The notes beneath the pieces are model-generated. The model did not search any database and was not told the origin of the DNA. It was given only the letters and a program-made list of their open reading frames with translations. This document shows positions 24,650 through 38,126 of a stretch of 64,000 nt of DNA, piece after piece. The stretch's first letter is position 1, and every line of letters starts with the position of its first letter. The DNA is taken from positions 39,618,001-39,682,000 of the forward strand of contig NC_043006.1 of assembly GCF_006345805.1 (NCBI RefSeq), written 5' to 3'. The DNA comes from Octopus sinensis. Taxonomy: Eukaryota. A program made the translations under genes and the position numbers.

Positions 24650-25929
24650 AAAGGGGCGTTCAATAAGTAATGCCCCTGACCCACTTCCCATAGCAGTAGA
24701 GCAACGAAACTTGGCACAGTTATTAGTCTTTTTCTACATAGGAACCACCCAGAGTTACACATTTCTCCCATTGTTTGATGCAGCTCTGGTGACCGTTTTT
24801 GTAGAAGACCCCAGCTTGGTCCTCCAACCACGACGTGACTTCAGAAATCAAGGCTGCATCATCTGGGAAACGCTTTCTTTTCAAAAACAACTTCATGGCT
24901 GGGAAGAGGTGAAAATCAGAGGGTGCAAGGTCAGGAGAGTAGGGGGGATGGAGGAGGAGTTCATAGCCACACGCCTGTGCTTCTGATCTGACGACACGCG
25001 AGTTGTGGACCGGAGCGTTGTCCTGCAGGAGGAGGATACTTTGCTGATCTTGCCCCGCCTCTTGATTTTGATAGCTTCTCTTAATTTCCTCAAAAGTGAA
25101 GCATAATAGGCTCCTGTAATTGTGGTACCCTTTGCCAGGAAATCTGTCATCACTACTCCGTCCTGGTCCCAGAAGACTGTGAGCATGACCTTGCCAGCGG
25201 AGGGTTGCACCCTTGCCTTCTTTGGAGGAGGTGAGTCACGGTGCTTCCACTGCATTGACTGGGCTTTGGTCTCTGGATCTTACTGATGGACCCAGGTTTC
25301 ATCCTGTGTAATCAGTCTTTTGAAAAATTTTGACTCATCGTCTTGGCACATCTCCAAATTCATCCTCGAGCACTCGACGCGTTCTTGCTTCTGGAAAGAT
25401 GTGAGCAACCTGGGAATCCATCTGGCAGACACCTTTTGCATATGCAAATGGTCATGAATGATAGTTTCCACAAACCCGGTACTAATCTTGACCTCATGGG
25501 CTATTTGGCGAATAGTTATGCGTCGATCTTCGAAAATGGCAGCTTCAACTTGACGGACAGATGCCTCATCAATGGCAGAGGGGGACGACCAGATCTGGGA
25601 GCTGTTTCCACAGAGTTCTGACCATGTTTGAATTCACGATGCCAACGTTTTACAAGGCCATATGATGGGGCATCATCACCATAAGTTACTTTCATTTCAT
25701 CAAAAGTCTCCCGTGGTGTGCGTCCTTTCAAATACAAAAGCCCGGATCACTGCTCGACACTCAACAGGCTCCATTTCACACTTGACTCAGTTCAAACACC
25801 TGTAAATCAGAAACCACAATTAGTTCAGAGCTGTAATTTTCCACTTAATCTATAGAGATATAAATGATTGCACAGCTAGATCAAACAACTGCAAGTGGGT
25901 CAGAGGCATTACTTATTGAACGCCCCTCG
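24650..25929 (-). mobile_element. Full-length mariner (about 1.28 kb) nested in the outer mariner
   Basis: TIR cgaggggcgttcaataagtaatgcc (right end intact and followed by TA, left end decayed at the tip). The TIR resembles irritans-type ends (recalled). Confidence 0.9.
24723..25774 (-). pseudogene. Mariner D34D transposase pseudogene
   Basis: Motifs WIPRLLT, ITQDETWVH, KVMLTVFWD, LLQDNAPVH and HPPYSPDLAPSDFHLF. About three 1-nt frameshifts and one in-frame TAA at about 25282. Confidence 0.92.
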
Positions 25930-26629
25930 TACTATAAATCGGCACGAACTTTCCAGGCAACCCAATAGATCCCAATCAAATATGTAGAATCCTCCGTTCC
26001 ACCGCTTCTCAACCATAATCGTTTTGTGTGCTTATTCTCCTATTGAAAGGGCTTCAAAATTCGCTACCACCTTTTCTTCGAGCTCCACACACGACATACA
26101 AATCAGATCTCTTTTCCTCCACCACACTGACTCGCAAATAAACGCAAAAACTAAGTGTGAACCAACAAAGGATGGAGAGTTTAAGGTACCTGTGAAGCAC
26201 GGCATCATCTTCAGAGGCTTAAATGATGATTTTTTACAACTTGCAGTTCTTGATAAATGCGGCCGAGCTCGCCGGAGTGGTTGGTTTTTTGTTGGCATTA
26301 TAAGTTCTCTGTATATATCGGAAATGTGGTTGTGTAACTTTGTGTGAGGCATTTGGGCGATTTAAGGCCTTAACAATGACCTTTATTCTCCAAAATGCAT
26401 TTGAAAGCTATTCTCTATACTCACCAACTTAATCAACATCTCTCTTTTGTCTCTCTCTCTCTTTCTCTCTTCATTCTCCCTCTCTCTCTCTCTCTCTCTT
26501 TCTCGGCACATATATATCGTGATCCTTAGAAACTCTCTACGTTCCCAGTAACATCAATACCCCTGTCTCTTCCAACTATCCTTTTATCGGATTCATATTT
26601 TGTTAACGGTACAAGAGAAGGCTCTTAAC

Positions 26630-27010
26630 AAAGGTGTTTTCTAACAACTCGAAGCTCTTCCGGTCCCTAACGACCACAAGTAAGGCTTTCATAATGCTAG
26701 ACCTGTTGCAGACCAACCCACTTATGAGTAATGCCCTCAAGAAATTTAGTGAAAGTACTGTTGCTACTCCGGACATCAGATAAGCTTTCGAATGTGTCTG
26801 CTATGCGAATTTGTGGTCAAAATAGCCAGCTTATGTGCTCTGTCTTGCATGTCGCTGATTGGTAGTTTCCAGTGAGCTCACTCTATCGAGTCCTGTGCTG
26901 ATGCACCTCATCACGTCGAAGCTCTGTTAAAACCAAGGTACGAACCAGGGTTCGGTTCTGACCCAACAGCCTTTTTCTCTTATCATTAGTGTTTTACTTG
27001 TCGTCACCTG
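26630..27010 (+). pseudogene. Decayed non-LTR RT fragment (clade uncertain)
   Basis: LEALPVPNDHK*GFHNARPVADQ...ESTVATPDIR*AFECVCYANLWSK*PAY...NQGTNQGSVL follows the QYGFR / LDISKAFDRVWH / GVPQGSVL order. Confidence 0.6.
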
Positions 27011-27284
27011 CAACAGCGACAATACTTATGTAAATGATACGATTATTAATTCTTCATTAACTTCCTTCAGTCAGGTGTCGTTGACATACAATCAGGACTG
27101 CATGCCAACCCAGATTTATTCCATTAATAAGGTCCTTGAAAAATCAACTTCCAAATTTCATGTTAGGTTTAACAACACAAAAAAAGGATAATTCATGTAC
27201 ATGCATATAGTTAGATAGATAAACAGACAGACACATAGATAGATAGATATATGTACGTATGTATGTATATAAATCAAGGAGCAC

Positions 27285-27600
27285 TTTTTCGGTTACGACG
27301 ATGGGGATTCCAGCTGATCCAATAAAATGGAACAGCTTGCTCATGAAATTAATGTACAAGTGGCTGGGTACTCCACAGACACGTGTAAATTTAACGTGAC
27401 TATCAGGGAGATTCAGTGTGACACAGAATGTGACAAAGCTGGCCCCTTTGAAATTACAAATATTATTCATTATTGCCAGCTCAGTGGACTGAAGCAACGT
27501 GAAATGAAGTATCTTGCTCAAGGACACACCGCGTCACCGAGAACTGAACTCACGACCATACGATCGTGAGCCGAATGCCCTAACCATTAAGCCACGTTCC
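27285..27600 (-). mobile_element. SINE, D-like head with family C tail
   Basis: Minus head ggcttaatggttagggcattcggctcacgatcgtatggtcgtgagttcagttctcgg, then tgtgtccttgagcaagatacttcatttcacgttgcttcagtccactgagctggc and the family C tail. Confidence 0.75.
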
Positions 27601-27629
27601 TTCACGTATGTAAATAAGCATGTGTGTTT

Positions 27630-27676
<47 letters not shown>

Positions 27677-27712
27677 TATATATGTGTGTGTATATATATA
27701 TATATATGTATG

Positions 27713-27747
<35 letters not shown>

Positions 27748-27760
27748 ATGTACGTGTGTA

Positions 27761-27793
<33 letters not shown>

Positions 27794-28715
27794 CTGTGTG
27801 TGTGAAAGCACAGCAGTGTAAATAATCCAGAGGTGTAAAGAAAGAATTCAATACTTGGTGAGGTGTAGATTATATGTTTATTTAAGATGATATTCCATAC
27901 ATGGCGACAATTACGCGTGTACGTAAAAGTGCGTGTCCTCATGCGTCAGCATATATGAATACAAATGTGCGCAAAGTGTGTGTGTGTGTGTCGGTGTGCG
28001 AGAGCGTTCGTGCCAGCGCACAGCAATTGATTGCGTCTTTATCACGAAATCTAATCGAATTGAACGACAAAATGAAATCCTTCACAGGAAGTACAGGAAT
28101 AACAGCAAAGATTGCAACACGATACCTGTTGTCGTATCTCACACCTACATCATCCTCTCGCTCTCTCGATTTCGTAATACGATAGAATTATTCTGTATAA
28201 TGCGCGCACACATAGCGGTATAACGCGCAGATAGTCACTGCTACACGAAAACACACGTTATCTGACTTCTCCTCGTTTATATATTTTGTGTGTCTTTCTC
28301 TATCCATTTCTTAGTACCTCTTTCTCACACACAAATCCATTTAAATGCACACATACATTCATATACACGGACATGCTGTTACTCGCTTCTGGTATATGCA
28401 TAACTACGTTAACTCTCTTTCTCTCTAATCTATCTATACTCAAAATCACACATATACACACGCATACAATCCTACGCGCACACACATACGTATGAATGCT
28501 CACACAGACATATACATAAATGTATGTGTGTACATTGTTTATAACAAAGAGAAGAACATTTTTTTTAATGAAAAGTTAATACAATGTCTAAAATATATTT
28601 ATATATACTCGACTGATGCCTTACACTACGAAACGAAATTTCACAACTACTTCATCTATTAGGCAAGTGTATGTACGTACGTATGCCTCTGTAAATGTAA
28701 TATATACATAGGAAG

Positions 28716-28955
28716 TAGAGGCGCATAGTTTAGTGGTTAGTGTATCCAGCTCAGTTTCGGCGCGGTTTGCCCTTAAAGTATTCCGCGTTACTCAGCTGGC
28801 AAAAATGAGTTGTACCTGTATTTCAGTCACGTTGAATATCCCTGAAAACTACGTTAAGGTGTCTCTGGAGTGCTCAGCCACTTGCTCGTTAATTTCGGGA
28901 GCAGGTTGTTCCGTTATACGAATCAACAAAAACACTCGTCGTCGTAACTGACGGA
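28716..28955 (+). mobile_element. SINE with family C tail, decayed
   Basis: Head ggcgcatagtttagtggttagtg and tail ...tcgtcgtcgtaactgacggag. Confidence 0.65.
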
Positions 28956-28979
28956 GAACCCATTTCAGTACCTAATTGA

Positions 28980-29460
28980 CTTAGATAAACTTAGATATGT
29001 TTCCACCAAAGATTGGTCCACCACCTGATAGGATTATCTAAATCCTGTTTAAGTCAAGTTTTATTTATGTTCCAATCAAGTAGTGAGTTCTTGTTGAGTG
29101 AGTTGTATCCAGGTATGTGTGGCTTATCTGGTATTCCTTCAAGACATCTGTCCAGACTCCGTTTAAAGGTGATGGGACCCTTTTCCTCTTTGATCTCTTT
29201 CGAGACAATGTTAAACAGGGCAGGGCCTGTTGAGGAAAAGAAATTATGTCACAGTGTACCTATATGCTGTGATCCTGAATTGGGCAGGAGACGTATGGCC
29301 CGTGGTCCCAGCCTTGGATGAACCTTGAAAGTAATGTTCAGGTCATTTGGGTAATGCTGGCGGTATATTCTCCACATCGTACAAATGATGTACCGCTCGC
29401 GGCGGCGCTGGAGAGAGAGTAGAGATTCAAGGCTTTAATGCGGTCCCAATAATCGAGATC
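28980..29460 (-). mobile_element. CR1-group LINE 3' fragment
   Basis: Minus SLQRRRERYIICTMWRI...PRLGPRAIR...FFSSTGPALFN...LDRCLEGIPDKPHIPGY, homologous to 55.2-55.6 kb. Confidence 0.85.
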
Positions 29461-29561
29461 AGTCTGGTGTATTCATGTATATTTATAAGTATGTATGTTT
29501 ATACGCATGTCGATGAATTACCGCGGAAACACATGTACGTGTGTATATAAATATATACGTG

Positions 29562-29790
29562 AAGGTGCATAGCCTAGTGGTCAGGCTGTTGCACTCACGA
29601 TCGCTAGATTGTGGGTTCGATTCCCCACGATGCTCCAGTCGCCCTTTCAATCATGTTGCTCTGCTCGTTTAGCCAGCGGGTTGCCATCATTCGAAAACTA
29701 AAACGATGCAAAGCGCATTGTGACCAACGATGTGTAACAACATCTGATAGAGTAGTCGGACACATGACCAAGGTCACGAGTACACGTATG
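29562..29790 (+). mobile_element. SINE family D, internally shortened
   Basis: ggtgcatagcctagtggtcaggctgttgcactcacgatcgctagattgtgggttcgattcccc plus the D body. Confidence 0.75.
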
Positions 29791-31269
29791 TATATTCCTA
29801 TATATACAATCACACATGCGTATATGCAGATACGTTTATATAAATTTGACATACACCATCAGTAATCCGCCTTTGTAAAATACTCGCTGGTCTAACGATA
29901 GAAATGCGGAGTCATCAAGTAGATTAAATTAATTTATCCATAAATTGATGTTTACATAATCATAAACAATAAACGTAGATTTAATCAGTTTAGTGTATAT
30001 ATATATGGATATTCAGTTCTGCCACTATATCATTTTATTTGTCTTGTGTTTGTTTTTGTTGGTTTGCTATATTGTTTTTCCAGTCCAAATAGTTGTTTCA
30101 ATGGTGCTGTTCTTTTATCATTTCCAGATGGCTAGAATTGTTTTTCTGTCTTCTTTATTGAGCACTTGTAGGTTGCCTGCTCCTCTCCCCACTCCTCCTC
30201 CTCATCTATATTTATGTGTGTGTGTGTATATGTGTGTGTGCGTGTATGTACGTGTACATACACACACACATATATATATATATGTATATACTTACCATTT
30301 CATCTTGCTGAACTGTTAAACCCTGCACTATTTTTCTCTTTCCATTTTTTTTTTTCGTTCTCTCTCCATTTCTTTCCCTTCAACACTTTCTATCGAAGAG
30401 CCTATGCTCGAAACATGAAGGATTTTTCCATTCCTCCCGAACGTCAAACTAATACACCTGCTTCGTCTTTTCTTTTCTGTTATAGCAGGTCAGAGAGTGA
30501 CCATTGATCTCGCACCAATAAAGCAGTATAAGCAACGTGCCAGACTTGCTGGCCGGAGGAAGTAACCTCTCTATAAACAGAGGTAGAAAAACGACTTTGT
30601 CATTTAGGATTGCAAGCAAAAAGTCAAAAAGTGTAAGTCTACTATTCAACAATACTCCTAGTCGAGATGGGGGTATTCCCTTATGTCTGTTCCAGTTGAG
30701 ACTAAAAGGGCTATTTTATGGACGATTACTTTTTCCCCAGTCGGCAAACAGTGAAATCCATTGTACGTACGTATGAAGAGAGGGCGGGTAAAAGCGCTTA
30801 AGTCAAACCTGCCCCGTTATCACCTTACATTTGCTACATCTATTTTGTTCCTCGTTTACAGAATAAAAAAGCAGAGTGTTTATCCTTGGTCAGACCTCTG
30901 ACAGCACTACTGGTTGGTGTAAAAGGCTCACGACCATAAGGTGGTGAGTTCGATTGGGGCGGTGTATTGTGGTCTTAAGACTAGATACCTTCACTCATGT
31001 TGCTCCAGCCCACTCACCTAGCAAAAATGGCAACATTATATCCAGATTCATGTCTTTAGGCTCTGAATTAAAATACAATGGGTGCTGATTTTTATTTTCT
31101 AATCAATACTAAAAATTAATTTCATTCGTAACCTTATTTGAGGTTCGATCCAATCAACTAAAGGGTCACTTTCCCTATGAAGAAATAACTGAAGCTAAGC
31201 ACTTAACCACAAACTCACAACCAAAGGGAGTCAGTAGACCACAGCGACCTTGTCCTCACTTTTACTTCG

Positions 31270-31575
31270 GTGAAGGAGTGTGGTGTAGTGGTTAGGATAC
31301 TGGGCTCATTGTTGTAATGCCGTGTGTTCGATTCCCGGCGGCGAATTTTGTCCTTGAGCAAAAACTTTATTTCACGTTGCTCCACTACATTTAGCTGACA
31401 AAAACGAGTTGTACGTGCATTTCCAATGGCCAGACTTGTCTCATTCTGTGTTACACTCACTCTCCCTGAGAACTATGTTAAGGGTACACAAGTCTGTAGA
31501 ATGCTCAGCCACTTCAACGTTAATTTCACAAGGAGGCTCTTCGGTTGATCGGATCAACTGGATCTCGGAACCAAC
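31270..31575 (+). mobile_element. SINE, D-like head with family C tail
   Basis: tggtgtagtggttaggatact...gttcgattcccgg...ttgtccttgagcaaaactttatttcacgttgctcc...gttgatcggatcaactgg. Confidence 0.7.
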
Positions 31576-31761
31576 GAAGCGGCATTTTAAAAAAAAATCG
31601 TCTTAACCACCTCATATCTCGCACGGACTGAATTTCAGTTTTCAATGTGCCGAGGTTACTAAGTGACCCACATTGAAAGAGTGAGAAATGTGTTGAAGAA
31701 AGATCTTTGAGATAAACATAAGATCGACGAAGTTGAATTTGAACTCGCATCAGACGAGATA

Positions 31762-31975
31762 TTCTTTTATTCTTTCACTTGTTTTAGTCATTTGACTGCG
31801 GCCATGCTGGAGCACCACCTTTTAGTCGAACAAATTGACCCCAGGACTTATTCTTTGCAAGCCTAGTACTTATTCTATCGGTCTCTTTGACCGAACCGCT
31901 AAGTTACGGGGACGCAAACACAACAGCACCGGTTGTCAAGCGATGGTGGGGGTGCAAACACACACACAGAAACAT

Positions 31976-32010
<35 letters not shown>

Positions 32011-32140
32011 GACGAAAGGCTTCTTTCAGTTTCCGTCTACCAAATCCACTCACAAGGCTGTAGTCGGCTCGAGGCTATAGTAGAAGACACTTGACCAAGA
32101 TGCCATGCATTGGGACTGAACCCGGAACCATGTGGTTGAG
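31762..32140 (-). mobile_element. SINE family A, near full length
   Basis: Reverse complement of the 22510-22936 element. Confidence 0.9.
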
Positions 32141-32759
32141 AATTTATTCCACCATTTCTTTAACCTGCTTTCCACACTCACTGTGCTCTTGGTCAGCAGA
32201 GTATTATTAATATTTACCATTATTAAATCGGCACATTAGTGTACCGGATAAAATACGTGGCGGCATTTCGTGCTCTTTTCAGTTCAAATTCAGTCGACGT
32301 CGACTTTGTGTTATATCCTGCGAGGGTTGATAATATGTTCCAGTCGAGTACTGGAGGTCGATTTACTCGAGTTGAATAGAATTATGATTAACGGATCTTC
32401 CTGTAATTTACCGAAAGCGAGGAACTTTCTTGCACCCCGTCGTACAATAGCCATTGAGGGAACCTTTACCAGTAATCGAAAACTTTTGCTAGAAAAAGTA
32501 TCACAATTTGACTGCAATGTACTCTAATACTTTAAAACAGGGAGAACACATTGGATAATGTGATCCCAGATATACTGCATCTGAATAAAAGGTTGGATGG
32601 TCATGGCTTGAATGCCTTTATTCGTAGATCTATTCAATGAGGCTCAACCTGGGATTAAACAACAACAATAGCTGTATTTATACAAGTCAATGCGGAGACG
32701 ATAATAACAACCAACAACTCCATATGTATATCTTCAGCCAAAGAAATGTCTTCATATTC

Positions 32760-33170
32760 CAGGCGTGGCCGTGTGGTAAGAAGCCTGCTGCCCAACAATA
32801 TGGTTCTGAGTTCAGTCTCACTACGTGGCACCTTGGACAAGTAAGTGTCTTCCACTATAGTGTCGGGCCGACCAAAGCCTTGTGAATTGATTTGGTAGGC
32901 GGAAACTGAAAGAAGCCCACGCATATAGTCTCTCTCTATATATATGTTTGTGTGTGTTAGTCACCCACCGTCGCTTGACAACTGATGTTGGTGTGTCGCT
33001 TGACAACCGATGTTAGTGTGTTTATCTCCCCGCAACTTAGTGGTTCGGCAAAAGATACCGACAGAATAAGCACTAGGCTTACAAAGAATAAGTCCTGGGT
33101 TCGATTTGTTTGACTAAAAGCGGTGTTCCAGCATGGCCGCAGTCAAATGACTGAAACAAGTAAAAGAATA
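32760..33170 (+). mobile_element. SINE family A, full length
   Basis: Head aggcgtggccgtgtggtaagaag to tail gactgaaacaagtaaaagaata. Internal duplication of tcgcttgacaac(t/c)gatgtt. Confidence 0.88.
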
Positions 33171-33689
33171 CAAAAAAATATGCAAGAATATTATTTATAT
33201 ATCTTTTCCTACACAACCATGGGAATGGTCATGGTTAGAATTCCGTTGATGTAAATTTGCTTAATCAGGGTTGACCTGGTGGGTGAGTAAATGGTGAGGA
33301 AAGGGCTACTGACAACTGTATTTACAATTCTATTTCTCTTCCAAGAGTTAGACAGATGAATAATAGAAAACAGATGTATGCAGAGTACTGAGTACAAGCG
33401 TACTCGGCATAGCCTCTTACTCCAAATTCCAGGGTCTTATCGTTTAATTGCTTCAGTCATTGGATCGATGGTTTCAACAACATCGCCTCCTGTACATGAA
33501 ACTTTTCTTAGTAATTCTTGTACTTAGTCTGTTTCTTTTGCAGAAGCACTTACGTACAGCCATGTATGCAAAGCAACACCAGTTGTTACGCGTTAGAGAT
33601 GAGAGACACAGACACAAAAAGGCGTGGCTGTATGGTAATAAGTTTACTTCCCAACTACTATTAATTGATGAGGACAAACCAGGAGAACA

Positions 33690-33975
33690 GGGAGGGTGAC
33701 AATCTGTTCAAATCTACAGGTCATGGACAGCAGCCATTGAAAGCAAGAACTTAAGTGATGGAGCATTGTGCTGATGAAACTATAGACTTTTAGCTAGGTT
33801 TTCGGGTGTTTGGTCATGACAGACTTTCGTAACTGCGTGAACTACTTGGCGTAGTGTTATGATGTGCCCCTTTTAAAAATAGCCTTTTGCATCCGAAAAC
33901 ACTAAGACCATCACCACCTCTGCAGATGAAACGATCTTGGTCTTCTTTGGAGCAGGTGAGATGTGATCATCTATC
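33690..33975 (-). pseudogene. Decayed mariner transposase fragment
   Basis: SPAPKKTKIVSSAEVVMVLVFSDAKG...FHQHNAPS matches PKK...SAGKVM..VFWD.KG...HQDNAP. Confidence 0.65.
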
Positions 33976-34256
33976 GTCTGTTCCGAAACGTCAAGAAACA
34001 CAGATTGGAACGAGTATTGAGGTAGTGATGATTGGGCATATCTGCTAGTGATGACTTTTTTTACCAATAAGATGAAAGCTTCTTCACCAATGGCAGCAAG
34101 GCACTGCAACAACGATGAAAGATGCGTCTTGACCGTAGATAGGTGATAGGCGGTAATGTTGAAAAATAAATCTCATTCGATCATATTCTAAAAGAGTATC
34201 TTGATCAGCCTTGGAACGTTATATATATGTATATATATGTATATATATATATATAT

Positions 34257-34314
<58 letters not shown>

Positions 34315-34456
34315 GTATATACACACACACATATATATATATATATCTACAGATACACATATGTATATATATAATGTATGTATGTGTATATATATACATA
34401 TATATATGCATATATATATTCATTTATAAATACATGTATATATATACACGTTTTTG

Positions 34457-34487
<31 letters not shown>

Positions 34488-34682
34488 ATATATATATATA
34501 TATATATACATATATACATATATATGTATATACATACATACATACATGCATATACTGAAAAAGACAGAAAGTCAGACAGAGAGAGAGAGAGAGAGATAGA
34601 AAGAAACAGAGAGAGGTGCATGCATACATTGCAACTCAGATTAATACACAAATATACACACATATATATATATGTATATCGT

Positions 34683-34752
<70 letters not shown>

Positions 34753-35475
34753 CAGATAGATAGATAGATAGATAGATAGTTAGATAGATAACTACATATG
34801 TACGCAGGCGTAGCAATACATATATGTGAGAGGTGAAGAAAAGTAGTAGGATGAGTCACATTAATATGCGTATATACATGTTAAAGGTAGAGATCTTACA
34901 TGTATACTGACATGTTGATAAATATATAAAAAACTGGAAACTTCATTCAAAAGAATTATATATCTATATATTGTATTCTTTCAAGCGCACCAGCACGCAT
35001 GCACATATGCACCCGTATATGTGTATATCATGTGCATGTCTGATGCCTATGCATTAGCGGGTACGGGTACTAGGGTGGTTTTTTTTCAAACAGTTAAGAA
35101 TAGAGATAATATAAATATTCAGTTTGTTTTATATTGTCTTCTATCTATATACCTCTCAATCATACATATGTATATGTACATAGAAACCAATACACACACA
35201 TATATATTTGCTTGTAACGATGCATGTATACAAATCTGTATATACGCATATGAGTAGGTGTATATATGTGTATAAAGCATTTTTCCACGTAGGTGTAAAA
35301 GCACTTATGCTATAAATCAAATGTTCATCGACGTTGATACATTTATTTTTGATCAATATACACGTGATTTAATGTATAAACCTAATCGATATATTTCAAA
35401 TTGATTTATCCGTTTAAAGTAACTAGTAGACAGAAAATTAGGTATATCCATATCACAGTATATAAAGGTATTCGT

Positions 35476-35488
35476 ATGTATATATATA

Positions 35489-35545
<57 letters not shown>

Positions 35546-36190
35546 GTACATATATACATATATGTGTATATATATACATGTATATATGTATGTATATATA
35601 TACATATATGTGTATATATATACATGTATATATGTATGTATGTATATATACATATATGTGTATATATATACATGTATATAAGTATGTATATATATATACA
35701 TATATGTACATACATACATACATATATATATATATATACATATATGTACATACATACATATATGTATGTATATATATATATACATATATGTGTATATATA
35801 TATACATATATGTACATACATATATGTATGTATATATATACATATATGTGTATATATATATACATATATATATATACATACATATATATCTATATATACA
35901 CATATGTATATAAATACATATACATATATATGTATATATAATTGTATATGTATATATACAAATATATGCATGTAAGCCTGGAAGCGTGCTCTCGCATATG
36001 TACACATACACATACATACACACATACACACATGCATATATGCATGCATACATGTATACATACATACATATACTCACACATACATACATACATGCATGCA
36101 TACATACACACACATACATAGATGCATACATACATACACACACATACATACATGCATACATACACATATTTATATATACATACACACACA
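35476..36190. repeat. Complex (TA)/(CATA)-derived minisatellite
   Basis: Includes three units of about 46-48 bp starting at 35557, 35603 and 35651. Confidence 0.9.
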
Positions 36191-36439
36191 CACACACACA
36201 CATACACAAAGAATTCATGGCGGTGCATTTAAAACGAAATATGTAAATGGATATAGAGATCACTTTACGTACATTGCGTTTATATGAGATACAGAGAAAG
36301 AGAGAAGGGGAGTGGGAGAGAGAGTGTGCGGGTATGTGTCTTTCTATGTAATTAACTACGTGTATCTTCTGTTGTCTCTCCGTTTCTTCCTCTACATAAT
36401 TATAGACAGGCAGATTCACACTCATACAGGGATACACAT

Positions 36440-36551
36440 GCATAGATAGACAGACAGGTAGACAGATAGACAGGTCGACAGATAGACAGATAGACAGGTA
36501 GACACATAGACAGACAGACAGACACACGAACGGACGGACAGACAGACAGAC

Positions 36552-36642
<91 letters not shown>

Positions 36643-36651
36643 AAGATAGAG

Positions 36652-36682
<31 letters not shown>

Positions 36683-36842
36683 AAGATAGAGAGATAGATA
36701 GTTTGATAGAGAGAGAGATACAGACAGAAGACAGATAAGTAGATAATAGATGGACAGATGATAGATAGAAAGATAGACAGACTGATGATAGACAGACAGA
36801 TGATAGATAGACATATGATAGATAGACAGATGATAGACAGAT

Positions 36843-36892
<50 letters not shown>

Positions 36893-37115
36893 GTGACAGA
36901 TGATTGATAGGAAGTTAGACAGACAGATGATAGACAGACAGATGATAGATAGACGGTTGATAGATAGACGGATGATAGATAGACGGATGATAGATAGACG
37001 GATGATAGATAGGCGGATGATAGGTAGACGGATGATAGATAGACGGATGATAGATAGACGGATGATAGATAGACAGATGATAGATAGATGATAGATAGAT
37101 AGAAAGGTAGATAGA
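36440..37115. repeat. (GACA)/(GATA)n array with a derived 15-mer repeat
   Basis: gatagatagacggat units at about 36944-37080. Confidence 0.92.
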
Positions 37116-37875
37116 TAGAGTGAGTGAGAGAAAGTGAGAGGGGGTCGAAGGAATTGATATCTATTGTTATATTTAAACCGATGTATGTTCAGAGGTACAT
37201 TGATCGTTACATACAAATATTAGATGTGTGAGTGGAGAGAAAAACAGTTACACACACCTATAAATATAACGAGAGTTATAACGTGAGATTTCGAGAGGGA
37301 GACAGACAGACATACATACAGATTATTCTGTCAAAGCAACAAGTTTAGCATCACTTAGTTTGGCACTTCAGATTCGCTGTAATTATTTATTCAACATGGT
37401 GCATGCTTAATATTCACGTAACTGCCAGGAACTGGTGTCAGAACATTTTAGGTGTGCAGTGTGTGGCACTAAAGATCACACTTTATTTTATGAAACGAGA
37501 GATAAGTAGCGATTCTCAAAGATCCCTCGTGACTTAGAAGACATTTATATACTTGTAATTTTCTATATATAAACATATAGCGGGTATTTATTAAAAGACG
37601 TGTGAGCATGTGCGTACGTGTGTGTGGTGTGTAAATATGTGTGATGTTTTGTGTGGTAGGAAGGAAGGAAAGAATGATACAAGAAGATTAGTAAGCAAAG
37701 TAGTGTATATTATATTCTGACCGATCTTCTCTCTTCTTCGATTCTTATAGACTCTGTGAAACGGCGAAATATAATGGCTTCTAGATAAAAAAAAAAATGA
37801 CTAAGTCTCTTTGTAAAAGTTTTCGCGGAAACTACAAAACCAAAGATAGAGAGGATTTTGACAGAACTCTGGAAT

Positions 37876-37911
<36 letters not shown>

Positions 37912-38078
37912 TATATATATATATATATATATAGATAATAATATATATATATACACGTAAAAATGGGATCTACAACTTCAATATCCCTACATATCTCACA
38001 TCTATTTCCTTTCCACCACCTCATTCTCTATTTTGTATCCATTCTAAATTAACTATTACTTAACCATCCTCTCATACA

Positions 38079-38126
38079 GTCTCTGATGAAGGGATATAAT
38101 AAATATCCTGGAAACAGCTGTAAGAC
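38079..38126 (+). ncRNA. Minimal type-I hammerhead ribozyme motif (C3-G8)
   Basis: gtct CTGATGA a gggatat aataa atatcct g GAAA cagctg TA agac. Stem I is 4 bp, stem II is 7 bp behind an A.G mismatch, stem III is the palindrome ACAGCTGT, and the cleavage triplet is GUA. Confidence 0.75.

Larger units (their letters stand above)
24133..25965 (-). mobile_element. Internally deleted mariner (outer element)
   Basis: TIRs ttgggttgtccagaaagttcgtgccgattt and aaatcggcacgaactttccaggcaacccaa with TA flanks. N-terminus MEDKKVYLRRLMLWE is fused directly to C-terminal [30 protein letters not shown]... Confidence 0.85.

Noticed and set aside
26024-26352. Overlapping 106-107 aa ORFs on both strands
   Set aside because: No recognisable domain or splice context.
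35353-37216. Long ORFs (176, 373 and 264 aa) and the many other YI/HT/CV-rich ORFs in the track
   Set aside because: Translations of TA/CA/GATA microsatellites, which lack stop codons in some frames. No domain signal.
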